Shown here: one piece after another, positions 53,136 through 61,985 of the stretch
Position numbering within the stretch: the stretch's first letter is position 1
How the letters are laid out: every line of letters starts with the position of its first letter
Virus record (IMG/VR): IMGVR_UViG_3300037483_001239
Location: 1 to 61,985 of that record
Source: a virus
Taxonomy: Duplodnaviria; Caudoviricetes
Strand: one strand, 5' to 3'
DNA length: 61,985 bases
Notes under the pieces: model-generated
What the model saw: only the letters and a program-made list of their open reading frames with translations
Database searches by the model: none
Told to the model about the DNA's origin: nothing
Position numbers and translations under genes: made by a program

Positions 53136-54188
53136 ATGAGAACGAAGAACCAGGCTCGGCCGGTCGCGGGCGCTCCCATCGCATCGGGTGCGAGCATCGA
53201 CACCGGTCGGACCTTCTACGCGGGCCCGTCCGGCCGCTGGGCGGGGGAGCAGCTGCTCCGTGCGGTGCAGGAGGGGAGGCCTCTCTCCCCTTCGGTCCTG
53301 CGCAGCGCGGCGACCCTCCGCAAGGACGAGTGGATCCACCTGGACACCGTCCTCGTCCAGGAAGGCGCGATCCGCCTGCGGGGAGTCGCTCAGCTGATGG
53401 CGGCGGGGCTCACGATCAACGTCCCCAACGCCATGGGCAAGACCGTCTTCCAGTGGGAGGACATGACGGACATGAACCCGGCGGAGACGTCTCTGTCGGG
53501 GGTCGTCCGGACCGAAGACGACGCGGTCGACTTCGAGCTCGGAAACCTGCCCCTCCCGATCACGCACAAGGACTTCAACCTGAACCTGCGCACGCTCGCC
53601 GCGTCGCGGGAGAGGGGCGAGCCCTTGGACACCACGCAGGCGCGCGTCTCCGGTCGGCTCGTCGCCGAGCAGATCGAGAAGATGCTCTTCCAGGGTGGTC
53701 GGACCTTCGGCGGGAACCACATCTACGGGCTGACCAACCACCCGAACCGGAACGCCGGTGCGTTCGCGGCCGGGACGTGGTCCGGTGCCGGCGTGACGGG
53801 TGAGCAGATGCTCACGGACGTGCTCACCTGGATCGGCCTCCTGGAGGCGGATCGCATGTTCGGCCCGTACTGGCTGTTCGTGCCCTCCGGCTTCTCGACC
53901 AACCTGGAGAAGGACTTCAAGGCGAACTCCGACAAGACGATCCGTCAGCGTCTGATGGAGGTCGACCGCCTGAACAGCATCACGACCGTCGACCAGCTCC
54001 AGGCGAACAACGCGGTTCTCGTGCAGGCGACGGTCGACGTCGTGGCCCTCGTCGAAGGCGAGCCGCTGCAGAGCATCCAGTGGGACATCGAGGGCGGGTT
54101 CATCGTGAAGTTCAAGGCGTTCACCATCCAGGTCCCGCTGATCCGGGCCGACGCGCAGGGTCGTTCCGGCGTCGTCCACGCCAGCTAG
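53136..54188 (+). CDS. Major capsid protein (HK97 fold, encapsulin-like)
   Basis: LRKDEW..LD, LPLPITHKDF, YGLTNHP, GPYWLFV. Confidence 0.9.
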   Translation: MRTKNQARPVAGAPIASGASIDTGRTFYAGPSGRWAGEQLLRAVQEGRPLSPSVLRSAATLRKDEWIHLDTVLVQEGAIRLRGVAQLMAAGLTINVPNAMGKTVFQWEDMTDMNPAETSLSGVVRTEDDAVDFELGNLPLPITHKDFNLNLRTLAASRERGEPLDTTQARVSGRLVAEQIEKMLFQGGRTFGGNHIYGLTNHPNRNAGAFAAGTWSGAGVTGEQMLTDVLTWIGLLEADRMFGPYWLFVPSGFSTNLEKDFKANSDKTIRQRLMEVDRLNSITTVDQLQANNAVLVQATVDVVALVEGEPLQSIQWDIEGGFIVKFKAFTIQVPLIRADAQGRSGVVHAS

Positions 54189-54286
54189 GCCGTTCTCCGG
54201 GTCGTCGCCCCGGACCACCGCCTCGGGACACGCGCGCACTGGTCGGAGACGGCCAGTGGTCCTGAGGTAGCTTTGAGGGGGAGGCC

Positions 54287-54862
54287 GTGCCGCTGATTGT
54301 CACGCCGGGGGCAGCAACCGCTGAGGCGTATGCGTCTGTCGCGGAGATGGACGCGTTCATCGGGACGAATCCATACGCGTCGGGATGGAGCACGGTTCCT
54401 ACCTCAAGTAAGGAGAACTACGGGAGGATGGCGGCGCGTCTCTTGGACGGGATGCCCGCCGCGTGGACCGGAGCCGCAACGAATCCTGCGGTTCAGGCTC
54501 TGGGATGGCCCCGTGGGGGGATGAAGAACCGGAATGGCTACGCCATTCTGAGCTCGGTCATTCCCGGAGACCTGAAGAACGCACAGGCGGAATACGCCCG
54601 TCTCCTCTCGGAGAACGACCTTTCTGGGGCCTCCGGCGCGAGCATCGCGGAGTCCGGGATCGGATCCGTGAGCGCGGCGGGAGTCTCCGTCTCGTTCAAG
54701 AGCGTGAGTAAGGCCGAGGCGAAGTCGAAGACCTACGGGAAGGAGGACGAGAGGCATGGACAGGTGCCCGCGTCCGTGATCGGGTTGCTTGTCCCGAGCT
54801 GGCTTCTCGATCCTCGAGACAAGGACGTGGAGTTCAGCGGGTTCTTGGCGGAGGTCCTGTGA
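54287..54862 (+). CDS. Head-tail adaptor protein
   Basis: AEAYASVAE..QALGWPR..IPGDLKNAQAE. Confidence 0.75.
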   Translation: MPLIVTPGAATAEAYASVAEMDAFIGTNPYASGWSTVPTSSKENYGRMAARLLDGMPAAWTGAATNPAVQALGWPRGGMKNRNGYAILSSVIPGDLKNAQAEYARLLSENDLSGASGASIAESGIGSVSAAGVSVSFKSVSKAEAKSKTYGKEDERHGQVPASVIGLLVPSWLLDPRDKDVEFSGFLAEVL

Positions 54863-55248
54863 GCCTCGACGGAGTCTTCCGCGCTGCGATTGCTGCGATG
54901 GACGGCGCGACGAAGTCCGTCCAGGAGAAGGTCCGGATCCGGCCTTGGGTCGGGGAAGACCTGTTCGGGAAGGTTTCCTACGGGGCGACTCGGAGGTATA
55001 TGGCCGTCGTTGACCGGACGGAGAGGCAGCTACGCTCGGAAGACGGGAAGACGATCTCCGTTACCGCGGTGGTAGCGTTCCTGGTTCCGGTCGCAGCGAT
55101 CGGAGCTGTGGGTCGGACGGAGCCGATCGACGAACGGGACAAGATCTACCTCGCGGACGATACGACAGGACCGATCATCTCGCTTCGTGGACCGAAGACT
55201 CCCGCGTCCGCGACAAGTCGGTACTTCCAACAGGTGATGCTCGGATGA
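54859..55248 (+). CDS. Head closure protein (putative)
   Basis: Position; DLFGKVSY..DKIYL.D. Confidence 0.6.
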   Translation: MSLDGVFRAAIAAMDGATKSVQEKVRIRPWVGEDLFGKVSYGATRRYMAVVDRTERQLRSEDGKTISVTAVVAFLVPVAAIGAVGRTEPIDERDKIYLADDTTGPIISLRGPKTPASATSRYFQQVMLG

Positions 55249-55958
55249 GACTCACGGCGATCATCCCGCATTTCTACTGGGAGAGGACTGGGAATCTCCG
55301 GACGATCGTCGATTCTCTGAGAAGTGGGACGGTGGTCCCGGAAGAGATCATTGTCTGGAACAATGAGCGGGATCCTGTGACAATCGCCGGGGCCTTCGTG
55401 GTTCAGTCTCCGAGGAACATCGGCGCGAAAGCGCGCCTTCTTGCCGCGGTGATGGCCCGGGGAGAGCGCGTTTTGTTCCTGGATAATGACATCGCCGTAC
55501 GTCGAAGGACCGTGGAGAACCTCCTTTCTTGGTCCTGTCGGCACTGGGAACGGCCGACGGTTGTCACTTTGGAAGGGCGAGAACGGCCGTTCAGTGGAGC
55601 GCCGTACAGTCGTTGGCCGAAGGTCTACGGCCGGGGTTTGCGGGAACCCGCGCCCGTTTTCCTGTCGTTGGGCCGGGGGGAGATGCTCCGTCGACGGGAT
55701 CTCCTCGCGGTTCTCCCGGGCTTCCCGTTCGAGGATTCGACGGTGATGGACGATCTGTGGCTGAGTGAGTGCTTCTTCCGCCACGAGATGTCGGTCGTCG
55801 TCGTCCCATGCGTTCCGGGAGAGTCGGACCTCGAGGATCTTCCGATGGGAGGGGTCGGGCTGTGTCGGCAAGCAACGTTCAATGCGGAGCGGACCCGCGT
55901 CGCACTGACGATAGCGTGTGATGAGGAAGCGCTTCGTGCGGAATCGGAGTCGGCGTAA
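55245..55958 (+). CDS. GT-A fold glycosyltransferase
   Basis: AIIPH, EIIVWNN, NIG..AR, FLDND, MDDLW. Confidence 0.8.
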   Translation: MRLTAIIPHFYWERTGNLRTIVDSLRSGTVVPEEIIVWNNERDPVTIAGAFVVQSPRNIGAKARLLAAVMARGERVLFLDNDIAVRRRTVENLLSWSCRHWERPTVVTLEGRERPFSGAPYSRWPKVYGRGLREPAPVFLSLGRGEMLRRRDLLAVLPGFPFEDSTVMDDLWLSECFFRHEMSVVVVPCVPGESDLEDLPMGGVGLCRQATFNAERTRVALTIACDEEALRAESESA

Positions 55959-55970
55959 AGGAGGGATGTC

Positions 55971-56669
55971 GTGGGATTGAACTGGGCAGAGAGGAATGAG
56001 GCGTGGGAGGGCCGGGCGAAAGCCCTTGGAGAGAGGGCTGTTCTTCACGTCGGGCATCGAACTCCCGAGGCGCAACGCGTGATCTTCGAGCTGCAGAAGA
56101 GCGTGATTCTGCCGCTTTTCGAACGAGAGGTTGCGCCTATCCTCGCGCAGGAAGGGCTCTTTCCGGGGACGTTGACGTTGGACTTCGGATGTGGGGTCGG
56201 GAGGTGGTCCCACGAGTTGGCGAGGATCACAGGGAGTGCGGTTCTCGGGATCGATCCGACCAGGCAGTTCGTGGAGTATTGTCGAGAGCGCCACTCGAAT
56301 CCGGAAGGAACTCCCTTCGTCAGCTTCGAGCTCTACGAGAACGGGAAGATCAATGCAGGAAAGTTTTCATTCGACGTGATCTTCGCGTGCATGGTCCTGA
56401 GTACGATCCTCGACGTGGACGGTGGGATGTTCGAGGCGACGATGTACGAGCTGGGGAGAGTAATTCGAGAAGGCGGACTCTTCTTTCTCGTCGACAACAC
56501 GAGTGGTCCCCCGAACAGGCCGATCGTCCGAAGCCCGTATTCGATCTCCAGGACCGTCGAGGAGTATGTATCCGCCGCGAAGCGGTACATGGGGATCGAG
56601 CTCCGCGTGATCGGCGGGTATGTCGACCTCGGAGAGACGAATACGATCTTCGCAGGGAGGAAGGCATGA
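55971..56669 (+). CDS. Class I SAM methyltransferase
   Basis: LDFGCGVGR, GIDP, FDVIF. Confidence 0.85.
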   Translation: MGLNWAERNEAWEGRAKALGERAVLHVGHRTPEAQRVIFELQKSVILPLFEREVAPILAQEGLFPGTLTLDFGCGVGRWSHELARITGSAVLGIDPTRQFVEYCRERHSNPEGTPFVSFELYENGKINAGKFSFDVIFACMVLSTILDVDGGMFEATMYELGRVIREGGLFFLVDNTSGPPNRPIVRSPYSISRTVEEYVSAAKRYMGIELRVIGGYVDLGETNTIFAGRKA

Positions 56670-57121
56670 AGACCAAAGCCCTTCCTCGATGGGGCGAAAG
56701 CATCATCGGAGACGCAGAGCCGTCAGCAGTTCTGACTCTGGCCCTGGACGGAGAAGTCATCTCCCGAGTCGAGATGTTCCAGAGGCAGGTGAACTGGGGA
56801 GGGGATCGTCTCCGGCTGCTCGGGATCGGAGGCGTGTGGACGGCTCCGGCTCACCGGCGACTCGGCCACGCACGCGTGCTGGTCGAGCAAGCACATGCTC
56901 TCGCTGGGAAGTGGGGGTATGACGGGACGATCCTCTTCTCCCTGAAGGGGCTGATCCCGTACTACCAGGGTCTGGACTACGCCGTTCACCAGGGGACCAC
57001 GACGATTCGACAACCAGAGGTGAGGGTGATCCCCCTCCCGGAGGAGGTGTTCGTCCTGACCCGTCCAGTGGGCCATCTCCCGGAAGTTCAGAGCGTGGAG
57101 ATCGAGGGGCTCCCATGGTAG
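56666..57121 (+). CDS. GNAT acetyltransferase
   Basis: IGGVWTAPAHRRLGHA..YYQGL. Confidence 0.85.
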   Translation: MKTKALPRWGESIIGDAEPSAVLTLALDGEVISRVEMFQRQVNWGGDRLRLLGIGGVWTAPAHRRLGHARVLVEQAHALAGKWGYDGTILFSLKGLIPYYQGLDYAVHQGTTTIRQPEVRVIPLPEEVFVLTRPVGHLPEVQSVEIEGLPW

Positions 57122-57630
57122 TCAGCATCGCCGCCGCGCTCGCGATCTCCGGGTGGATGAGCAGGAAGGAGTTGGAGTGGCTCGCGACGCGAGCTGCCGA
57201 GGCTCGAGTGATCGTGGAGATCGGATGTTGCCGAGGTCGGTCGACCCGTGCCCTGAGCGACGGTACGACGGGAACGGTATACGCGATCGACCTGTGGGAG
57301 GACGAAAGGAACCTTCGACAGTTCTCGTCCAACCTCCAAGAGCATGTGGAGAGTGGGCGGACCGTTCTTGTCCGACATGACACTGCACGGGGCGTTCCGG
57401 AGGCGATCCGGGGTCTGGTCGCGGACCTCCTGTTCATCGACGGTGACCACGAGTACTCCGCCGTGAAGCGGGACGTTGTGTCCTTCAGCCCGCTGGTCCG
57501 TCCCGGTGGGATCATCTCCGGACACGACTACAACACGGTTCCTCGACACGCCGGGGTCCGACAGGCGGTAGACGAAGTCCTCGGCGCACGTGTTCAGCAC
57601 TGCGCCTCGATCTGGTGGGTGACGAAATGA
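57115..57630 (+). CDS. Methyltransf_24-type O-methyltransferase
   Basis: VEIGC..GRST, LFIDGDHEY, GGIISGHDY. Confidence 0.88.
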   Translation: MVVSIAAALAISGWMSRKELEWLATRAAEARVIVEIGCCRGRSTRALSDGTTGTVYAIDLWEDERNLRQFSSNLQEHVESGRTVLVRHDTARGVPEAIRGLVADLLFIDGDHEYSAVKRDVVSFSPLVRPGGIISGHDYNTVPRHAGVRQAVDEVLGARVQHCASIWWVTK

Positions 57631-58361
57631 GTACCTTCTCCATCGCGATCAAGACGAAGGACCGGAGTCCGAGAAAGAACTACCTGGCGGAGACCGTCCA
57701 GAACCTGTCCCGGGCAGGAGTCCTCCGCTCCGAGCTTCTCGCGTCGATGATAATCGTGAACTCGACGGAGGACTCCGCGTGGATGGTGGCGGACGACTTT
57801 CCGTTAGAAGGACGGCCCTGGCTCATCGACTCGGTCGATCGTTCTCTCCATCAGAACGCGGCGGCGTCGATTCGATGGGCGGCGGAGCCGGACGCTGACT
57901 ACGCGATGGTCCTGGAGGATGACCTCGACTTCAGTGACGACTTCCTCGAGAGCGTTTCCGCGTGGATCGAGGACAATGCTGTGAGCCGTCCTCAGATGTT
58001 CGCGCTCGGTGCGAACTACTCCCAGATCCAGTCCGCGAGGACAGTGTGGGCGTATCCGGTCTCCGCGTTTTACGGAGCGCAAGCTCTTGTCTGGAAGAGG
58101 GAGGATGCGCAGCAGCTTGCCGAGTGGCTCGGACCGGATCCGTTCTACATCGGGAAGGATGGGCAGATCATCCGGAATCACGGGCACGATCTCCTCCTCC
58201 AGAGGTGGGGGAAGCAGCAGGGGCTCTCTCACTTCGTAGCTTCTGCCCCGTGCATGGTTCAACACATCGGGGAGGAGTCCGGAATCGGGAATCGGTTCTT
58301 CTCTTTCCCGTGGGGCGGTCGAGACTGGCGGTACGAGAGGAGGGCGCCTCGTGGAAATTGA
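57627..58361 (+). CDS. GT-A-like glycosyltransferase
   Basis: VLEDD, GAQAL, VQHIGEES. Confidence 0.7.
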   Translation: MSTFSIAIKTKDRSPRKNYLAETVQNLSRAGVLRSELLASMIIVNSTEDSAWMVADDFPLEGRPWLIDSVDRSLHQNAAASIRWAAEPDADYAMVLEDDLDFSDDFLESVSAWIEDNAVSRPQMFALGANYSQIQSARTVWAYPVSAFYGAQALVWKREDAQQLAEWLGPDPFYIGKDGQIIRNHGHDLLLQRWGKQQGLSHFVASAPCMVQHIGEESGIGNRFFSFPWGGRDWRYERRAPRGN

Positions 58362-58800
58362 CGCGTATAAGCTCGCGGAGAGGTTCATCGGGCTGAAGGA
58401 AGCGAAGGGCCCGACGAGCAACGCCCACGTCCTCGCAATGCTCCAGCTGGACGCGGGATGGGTCACGAACGACGAGACGGCGTGGTGTTCGGCGTTCGTG
58501 AACTACATCGCGTGGATGTTGCGCCTCCCACGGAGCAAGAACCTCTCGGCGAGGTCCTGGCTCGCGGTCGGGCGTCCGATCCCTCTCGAAGATGCGCGAA
58601 GCGGTTTTGACATTGTCATCTTCAAGCGGGGAGAGGGGACGCAGCCGGGTCCGGAGGTGTTGGACGCTCCGGGGCATGTCGCGTTCTTCGGGTCGGTCGA
58701 AGGGGAGAGGGTCTGGGTCGTTGGTGGGAACCAGGGAGACCAGGTGAGTCTTGCCTCGTTCCTTGTGAGTCGTGTGCTCGGTGTCAGGCGTCTCGCCTGA
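58351..58800 (+). CDS. TIGR02594-type NlpC/P60/CHAP peptidase (endolysin candidate)
   Basis: DETAWCSAFVN, ARSWL, GHVAF, GGNQ. Confidence 0.88.
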   Translation: MEIDAYKLAERFIGLKEAKGPTSNAHVLAMLQLDAGWVTNDETAWCSAFVNYIAWMLRLPRSKNLSARSWLAVGRPIPLEDARSGFDIVIFKRGEGTQPGPEVLDAPGHVAFFGSVEGERVWVVGGNQGDQVSLASFLVSRVLGVRRLA

Positions 58801-58813
58801 GGAGGGAAGGGCC

Positions 58814-59977
58814 ATGAAGCAGTTCATTCGGGGCGTGTTCGCCGCGAGCGTCCTCGCGCTTGCTCAGGGATGTAGTGGGAACTTTCCACCGATCGTGATC
58901 CCGACGCCGCCGCCTGGACCGGTCGAGCCGACGCCTCCGCCTCCGGTTCCACCTCAGCCTCCCGTGGAGTGTCTACCGGGTGTCGCCTGGTGCCACGAGC
59001 TCGTGCCGCCCGCCTCGTGCTCCAGCGAGGCCGCGCCCTGCAAGCACAACCCGTCGAGCGACCCCTCTCACTGCGAGATGGCTCCGGCGTGCGTGGTGCC
59101 TTCACCTCCGCCCGTCAAGCCACCGACGCCTCCTCCGACGTCCACCGACCCTCCATCGGTTCCGCTATTCGTGGATGAAGAGCTGGTGGCGGACCCGACC
59201 GATCTCCGGAGGGAGACCTTCTCTCTGACTCACGACGCCGTGGGTCGCTGGCGCGCGAAGCACCCCGAGAAGTGGGACGCCTCCGGCTCGTGTCTCGTCG
59301 ATCGCGGCGCCGGGATCGATGCCGCGTTTGCAGCGGTCGCGGCAGAGCTTGGGGCAGTGGAGGTGACCGCGGCGCAGTCCATCGACAAGGATGGTAAGCG
59401 CAGTGACTGCATCTTCGTCTGTCGTCCCGGAACGAACAGGTGCGAGGAGACTCATCTCTATCACTCCGAGACCGGCTGCGTTGCGTCGAGCGTGAACACC
59501 ATCAAGATGGTGTACATCCGCAACGGTACCTCGACGGTGCCCACGGGCGGCTGCTCTGCACCGATTCCACCGAAGTGCGACACGTACAACCTCAAGGCGC
59601 ACCAGAAGACGAACGATGCCACGTGCCTCGTCTACAACGGTGAAACGCACAAGTGGGACGGCTCGACCGTCGCCGGCTACTGCGATGCCGTCGGCTTCGT
59701 CAACCGGATGCACTGCCCACCGCGGATGGAGTGCGACACTCCCCCGAATCCGCGGGCGGTGAAATGCGAGGAGCGGTCTGCATGCGAGGCCATCGCGACG
59801 AGCGGTAAGCCCCAGGGCAAGCCCGTTTGGAAGAGCGACGGCACCGTCAACCTCTCGGACAATCCGTTCCTTGCGACGTGCGACAACTGCACGTGGCTGG
59901 AGCTGTGCAACGCCGACGGGACCGGATGCGGGCGTTGCACGATCAACAAGAACACCGGGCAGTGTCCCGCGCAATGA
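58814..59977 (+). CDS. Cys-rich lipoprotein with Pro-rich linkers
   Basis: Lipobox AQGC; more than 20 Cys. Confidence 0.7.
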   Translation: MKQFIRGVFAASVLALAQGCSGNFPPIVIPTPPPGPVEPTPPPPVPPQPPVECLPGVAWCHELVPPASCSSEAAPCKHNPSSDPSHCEMAPACVVPSPPPVKPPTPPPTSTDPPSVPLFVDEELVADPTDLRRETFSLTHDAVGRWRAKHPEKWDASGSCLVDRGAGIDAAFAAVAAELGAVEVTAAQSIDKDGKRSDCIFVCRPGTNRCEETHLYHSETGCVASSVNTIKMVYIRNGTSTVPTGGCSAPIPPKCDTYNLKAHQKTNDATCLVYNGETHKWDGSTVAGYCDAVGFVNRMHCPPRMECDTPPNPRAVKCEERSACEAIATSGKPQGKPVWKSDGTVNLSDNPFLATCDNCTWLELCNADGTGCGRCTINKNTGQCPAQ

Positions 59978-60360
59978 CCGAGCACGCTGATCCGACGATT
60001 CTTCACCACCGGGACACGGACCCTCCGGGATCCGACTTCCGGAGGACTCGGCACTGCGAGGAGCGGGAAGTGATCATCAAGAGGAACGGAACAACCGCGA
60101 AGGTGATGATCGCTCTCGCGGCGATCTGCTTCCCGATCATGCTCACGATCATCGGAGCGTTGGTCGTCCGGGATCGAGCCTCTGTCGACGAAGACATCTC
60201 GTCCCTCAAAACCGCGAAGGAAGCGCAGGCTCTCCAGATCCAGGCAGTCGTTACGATCCAGCAGCGAGTGCTCATGGACCTTGGAGAGATGAAGGCGGGG
60301 CTCAAGGACAACGGGAACAAGCTGGATATGGTCTTGATCGAGACCAGGAGGGCGAGATGA
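59974..60360 (+). CDS. Single-TM coiled-coil protein (holin/lysis-associated candidate)
   Basis: VMIALAAICFPIMLTIIGALVV followed by a coiled coil. Confidence 0.55.
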   Translation: MTEHADPTILHHRDTDPPGSDFRRTRHCEEREVIIKRNGTTAKVMIALAAICFPIMLTIIGALVVRDRASVDEDISSLKTAKEAQALQIQAVVTIQQRVLMDLGEMKAGLKDNGNKLDMVLIETRRAR

Positions 60361-60932
60361 ATCCGCAGACGGAGGCCGTTGTCGTGAAATGGGCGACGGG
60401 AGCGTTGCTGGCGTTTGTCATCGGCGCGCTCGCAGCTGCTCCGACTCTGGTCGAGGACGGGAAGATCACTGGTGCAGAGCTGGTGATCGTTCTCGGGGCG
60501 GGCCTCCTCGCGTTGAGGATCTGGGCTATGCGACAGATGGCGGATCTCGGGACCATTCTCGGGGTTCCGGGATCGCTCCCAGCTCGACGCGTCAGTGATC
60601 CGGCCCTGGAGGAGGGGGACCCGATCGAAGGCCTCCTCGTGAAGACGTTGATCGTTCCCTTGAGTACGGCTCGGGGCTTGGTCTCTCCGAGCCCGATCGA
60701 GATCCGGAAGTTCTCCGATCCTCAGCTTCAAGAAGCGGTGGAAAAGGCGTTTCGGATCGCCGAGGCGAACGGGGACCGGAGCGGCGGGTTCTTCAACGTG
60801 AACGTTGCGGGGGAGATTAGGACTGGCGTCGCCGTGAAGCTCGGGGGGCATCTCTCGATCGGAGGGTTCCTCGCGAAGGCTCCCGGGAAGAAGCTCGAGG
60901 GGATGGCCGAGTTCACGTTCACTTGGAAGTAG
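60357..60932 (+). CDS. Membrane protein (holin-like N-terminus, beta-strand C-terminus)
   Basis: Two TM segments around DGKITGAE. Confidence 0.5.
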   Translation: MNPQTEAVVVKWATGALLAFVIGALAAAPTLVEDGKITGAELVIVLGAGLLALRIWAMRQMADLGTILGVPGSLPARRVSDPALEEGDPIEGLLVKTLIVPLSTARGLVSPSPIEIRKFSDPQLQEAVEKAFRIAEANGDRSGGFFNVNVAGEIRTGVAVKLGGHLSIGGFLAKAPGKKLEGMAEFTFTWK

Positions 60933-60935
60933 GAG

Positions 60936-61166
60936 ATGCCTAGGACGCGACGGCGACGAGCCAACGACCGGAGACGCGAAGCGGATCAAAGGCGGATCGC
61001 TGCCGAAGCCCTGGAACGTGTCAGACAAGTCGAGAAAGAGAAGCTCGGACGGTATGTCAAGGCCGTGTACCGGTCACGGGCAGGAGAAACGGTCGTGTCT
61101 CATGACGGCCGGACCTACACAGTCCAGCATGACGGTTCACTCGTCAGGAAGGAAGGGATGTCGTGA
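60936..61166 (+). CDS. Small basic hypothetical protein
   Basis: AGGAG RBS; GRTYTVQHDGSLVR. Confidence 0.55.
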   Translation: MPRTRRRRANDRRREADQRRIAAEALERVRQVEKEKLGRYVKAVYRSRAGETVVSHDGRTYTVQHDGSLVRKEGMS

Positions 61167-61838
61167 AGAAGCTTCTGTGGATCGGAGACGCGATTGCGGC
61201 TACGGGCTTCGCCCGGATCACGCATCGTGTGCTCGAAGTAGTGGGGAAGACTTGGGATGTGGCAGTCCTGGGTTTGAACTACATGGGGGATCCGCACGGG
61301 TATCCGTATCCGGTCTTCCCGTGTTGGCCAGGTGGGGATGCCTTCGGCGTTCGACGCGTGAAGGAGGTCATCGCACGGGTGAGGCCCGACCTGATTGTCA
61401 TCCAGAACGACCCGTGGAACGTTCCGGCGTACCTCGATCAGATCGGAGACGCGTGTCCGGTTGTCGGGGCGCTGGCCGTGGACGGCCTGAACTGTAAAGC
61501 CGGGGGGCATCTCAGCGGGTTGAAGCACGCGATCTTCTGGACGGAGTTCGGTCGACAGCAGGCGATCGCGGGTGGGTATACCGGTCCCTCCTCCGTGATT
61601 CCGCTCGGGGTGGATCTGGACGTGTACAAGCGCGTCGAGGGGACAAGGAAGGCCCTTGGCCTTCCGGAGGAGATGTGGCGAGGGTTCGTGGTCGGGAACC
61701 TGAATCGGAATCAGCCGAGGAAGAGGTTGGATCTGACGATCCAGTACTTTGCAGAGTGGATCCGACTGCACGAGATCCGCGACGCGTTCCTCTTTCTCCA
61801 GGTATGTCCGACGGGAGACGCCGACGGATACGATGTCC
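61163..61838 (+). CDS. GT4-family glycosyltransferase, N-terminal part (continues at 1-494)
   Basis: GTG start; KLLWIGD..TGFARI..RPDLIV..NDPW..VGNLNRNQPRKRLD. Confidence 0.85.
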
Positions 61839-61964
61839 GGCAACTGAAGAAGTACCACGATCCGGAGGGGCGTGCCTGGTTAGTGGTGGTGGAGCCCGAC
61901 ATCGGGCTGGGCGTCCCGGAGCTTCTCCTCCCGAGCGTGTACTCGTGCTTCGACGTGCAGTTGA
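61839..61964. repeat. Second copy of the terminal overlap
   Basis: Identical to 1-126. Confidence 0.95.
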
Positions 61965-61985
61965 AGCACGAGTACACGCTCGGGA

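Noticed and set aside
40333-54239. Long antisense ORFs opposite terL, the scaffold and the capsid gene
   Set aside because: Shadow frames expected from high-GC codon bias; no RBS or recognisable motifs
61965-61985. Terminal inverted repeat / hairpin end
   Set aside because: The last 21 nt are the reverse complement of sequence about 35 nt upstream and break the match to position 127 onward; typical fold-back read or assembly artefact, not a hairpin telomere

Overview
The window looks like a complete, circularly permuted genome (about 61,838 bp) of a GC-rich, siphovirus-like tailed dsDNA phage. Bases 1-126 are repeated at 61839-61964, and the last 21 nt are a fold-back artefact. The + strand arc from 40145 across the origin to 12478 holds the packaging, head, virion-modification, lysis and tail genes. 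The - strand arc 12432-33219 holds replication and nucleotide genes: a UDG-PolA fusion, ThyX, MazG, a dGTP/dATP diphosphohydrolase, FolE/QueD/QueE/QueC with a TGT/DpdA-like protein (7-deazaguanine DNA modification), SSB/Sak4/Cas4-like recombination genes, ligase and topoisomerase IB. A + strand early-type region (33.5-37 kb) and a - strand helicase-like gene lie between them. I found no integrase or tRNA. Main highlights: (1) six circularly permuted twister-like self-cleaving ribozymes with covarying stems, each just upstream of a gene in the early region, which would cut the transcript into units with 5'-OH and cyclic-phosphate ends; (2) a radical SAM/SPASM enzyme and a methyltransferase inserted in the tail-fibre module directly after a tail-type protein with about 20 His-x-Asp motifs, suggesting RiPP-like modification of a virion protein; (3) a MuF head protein fused to ART-like and kinase-like toxin domains; (4) a CTT-TAA +1 shift needed to make the full Cas4-like nuclease; (5) a highly structured intergenic RNA at 23.1-23.4 kb. 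All calls come from manual motif reading; no database searches were run.
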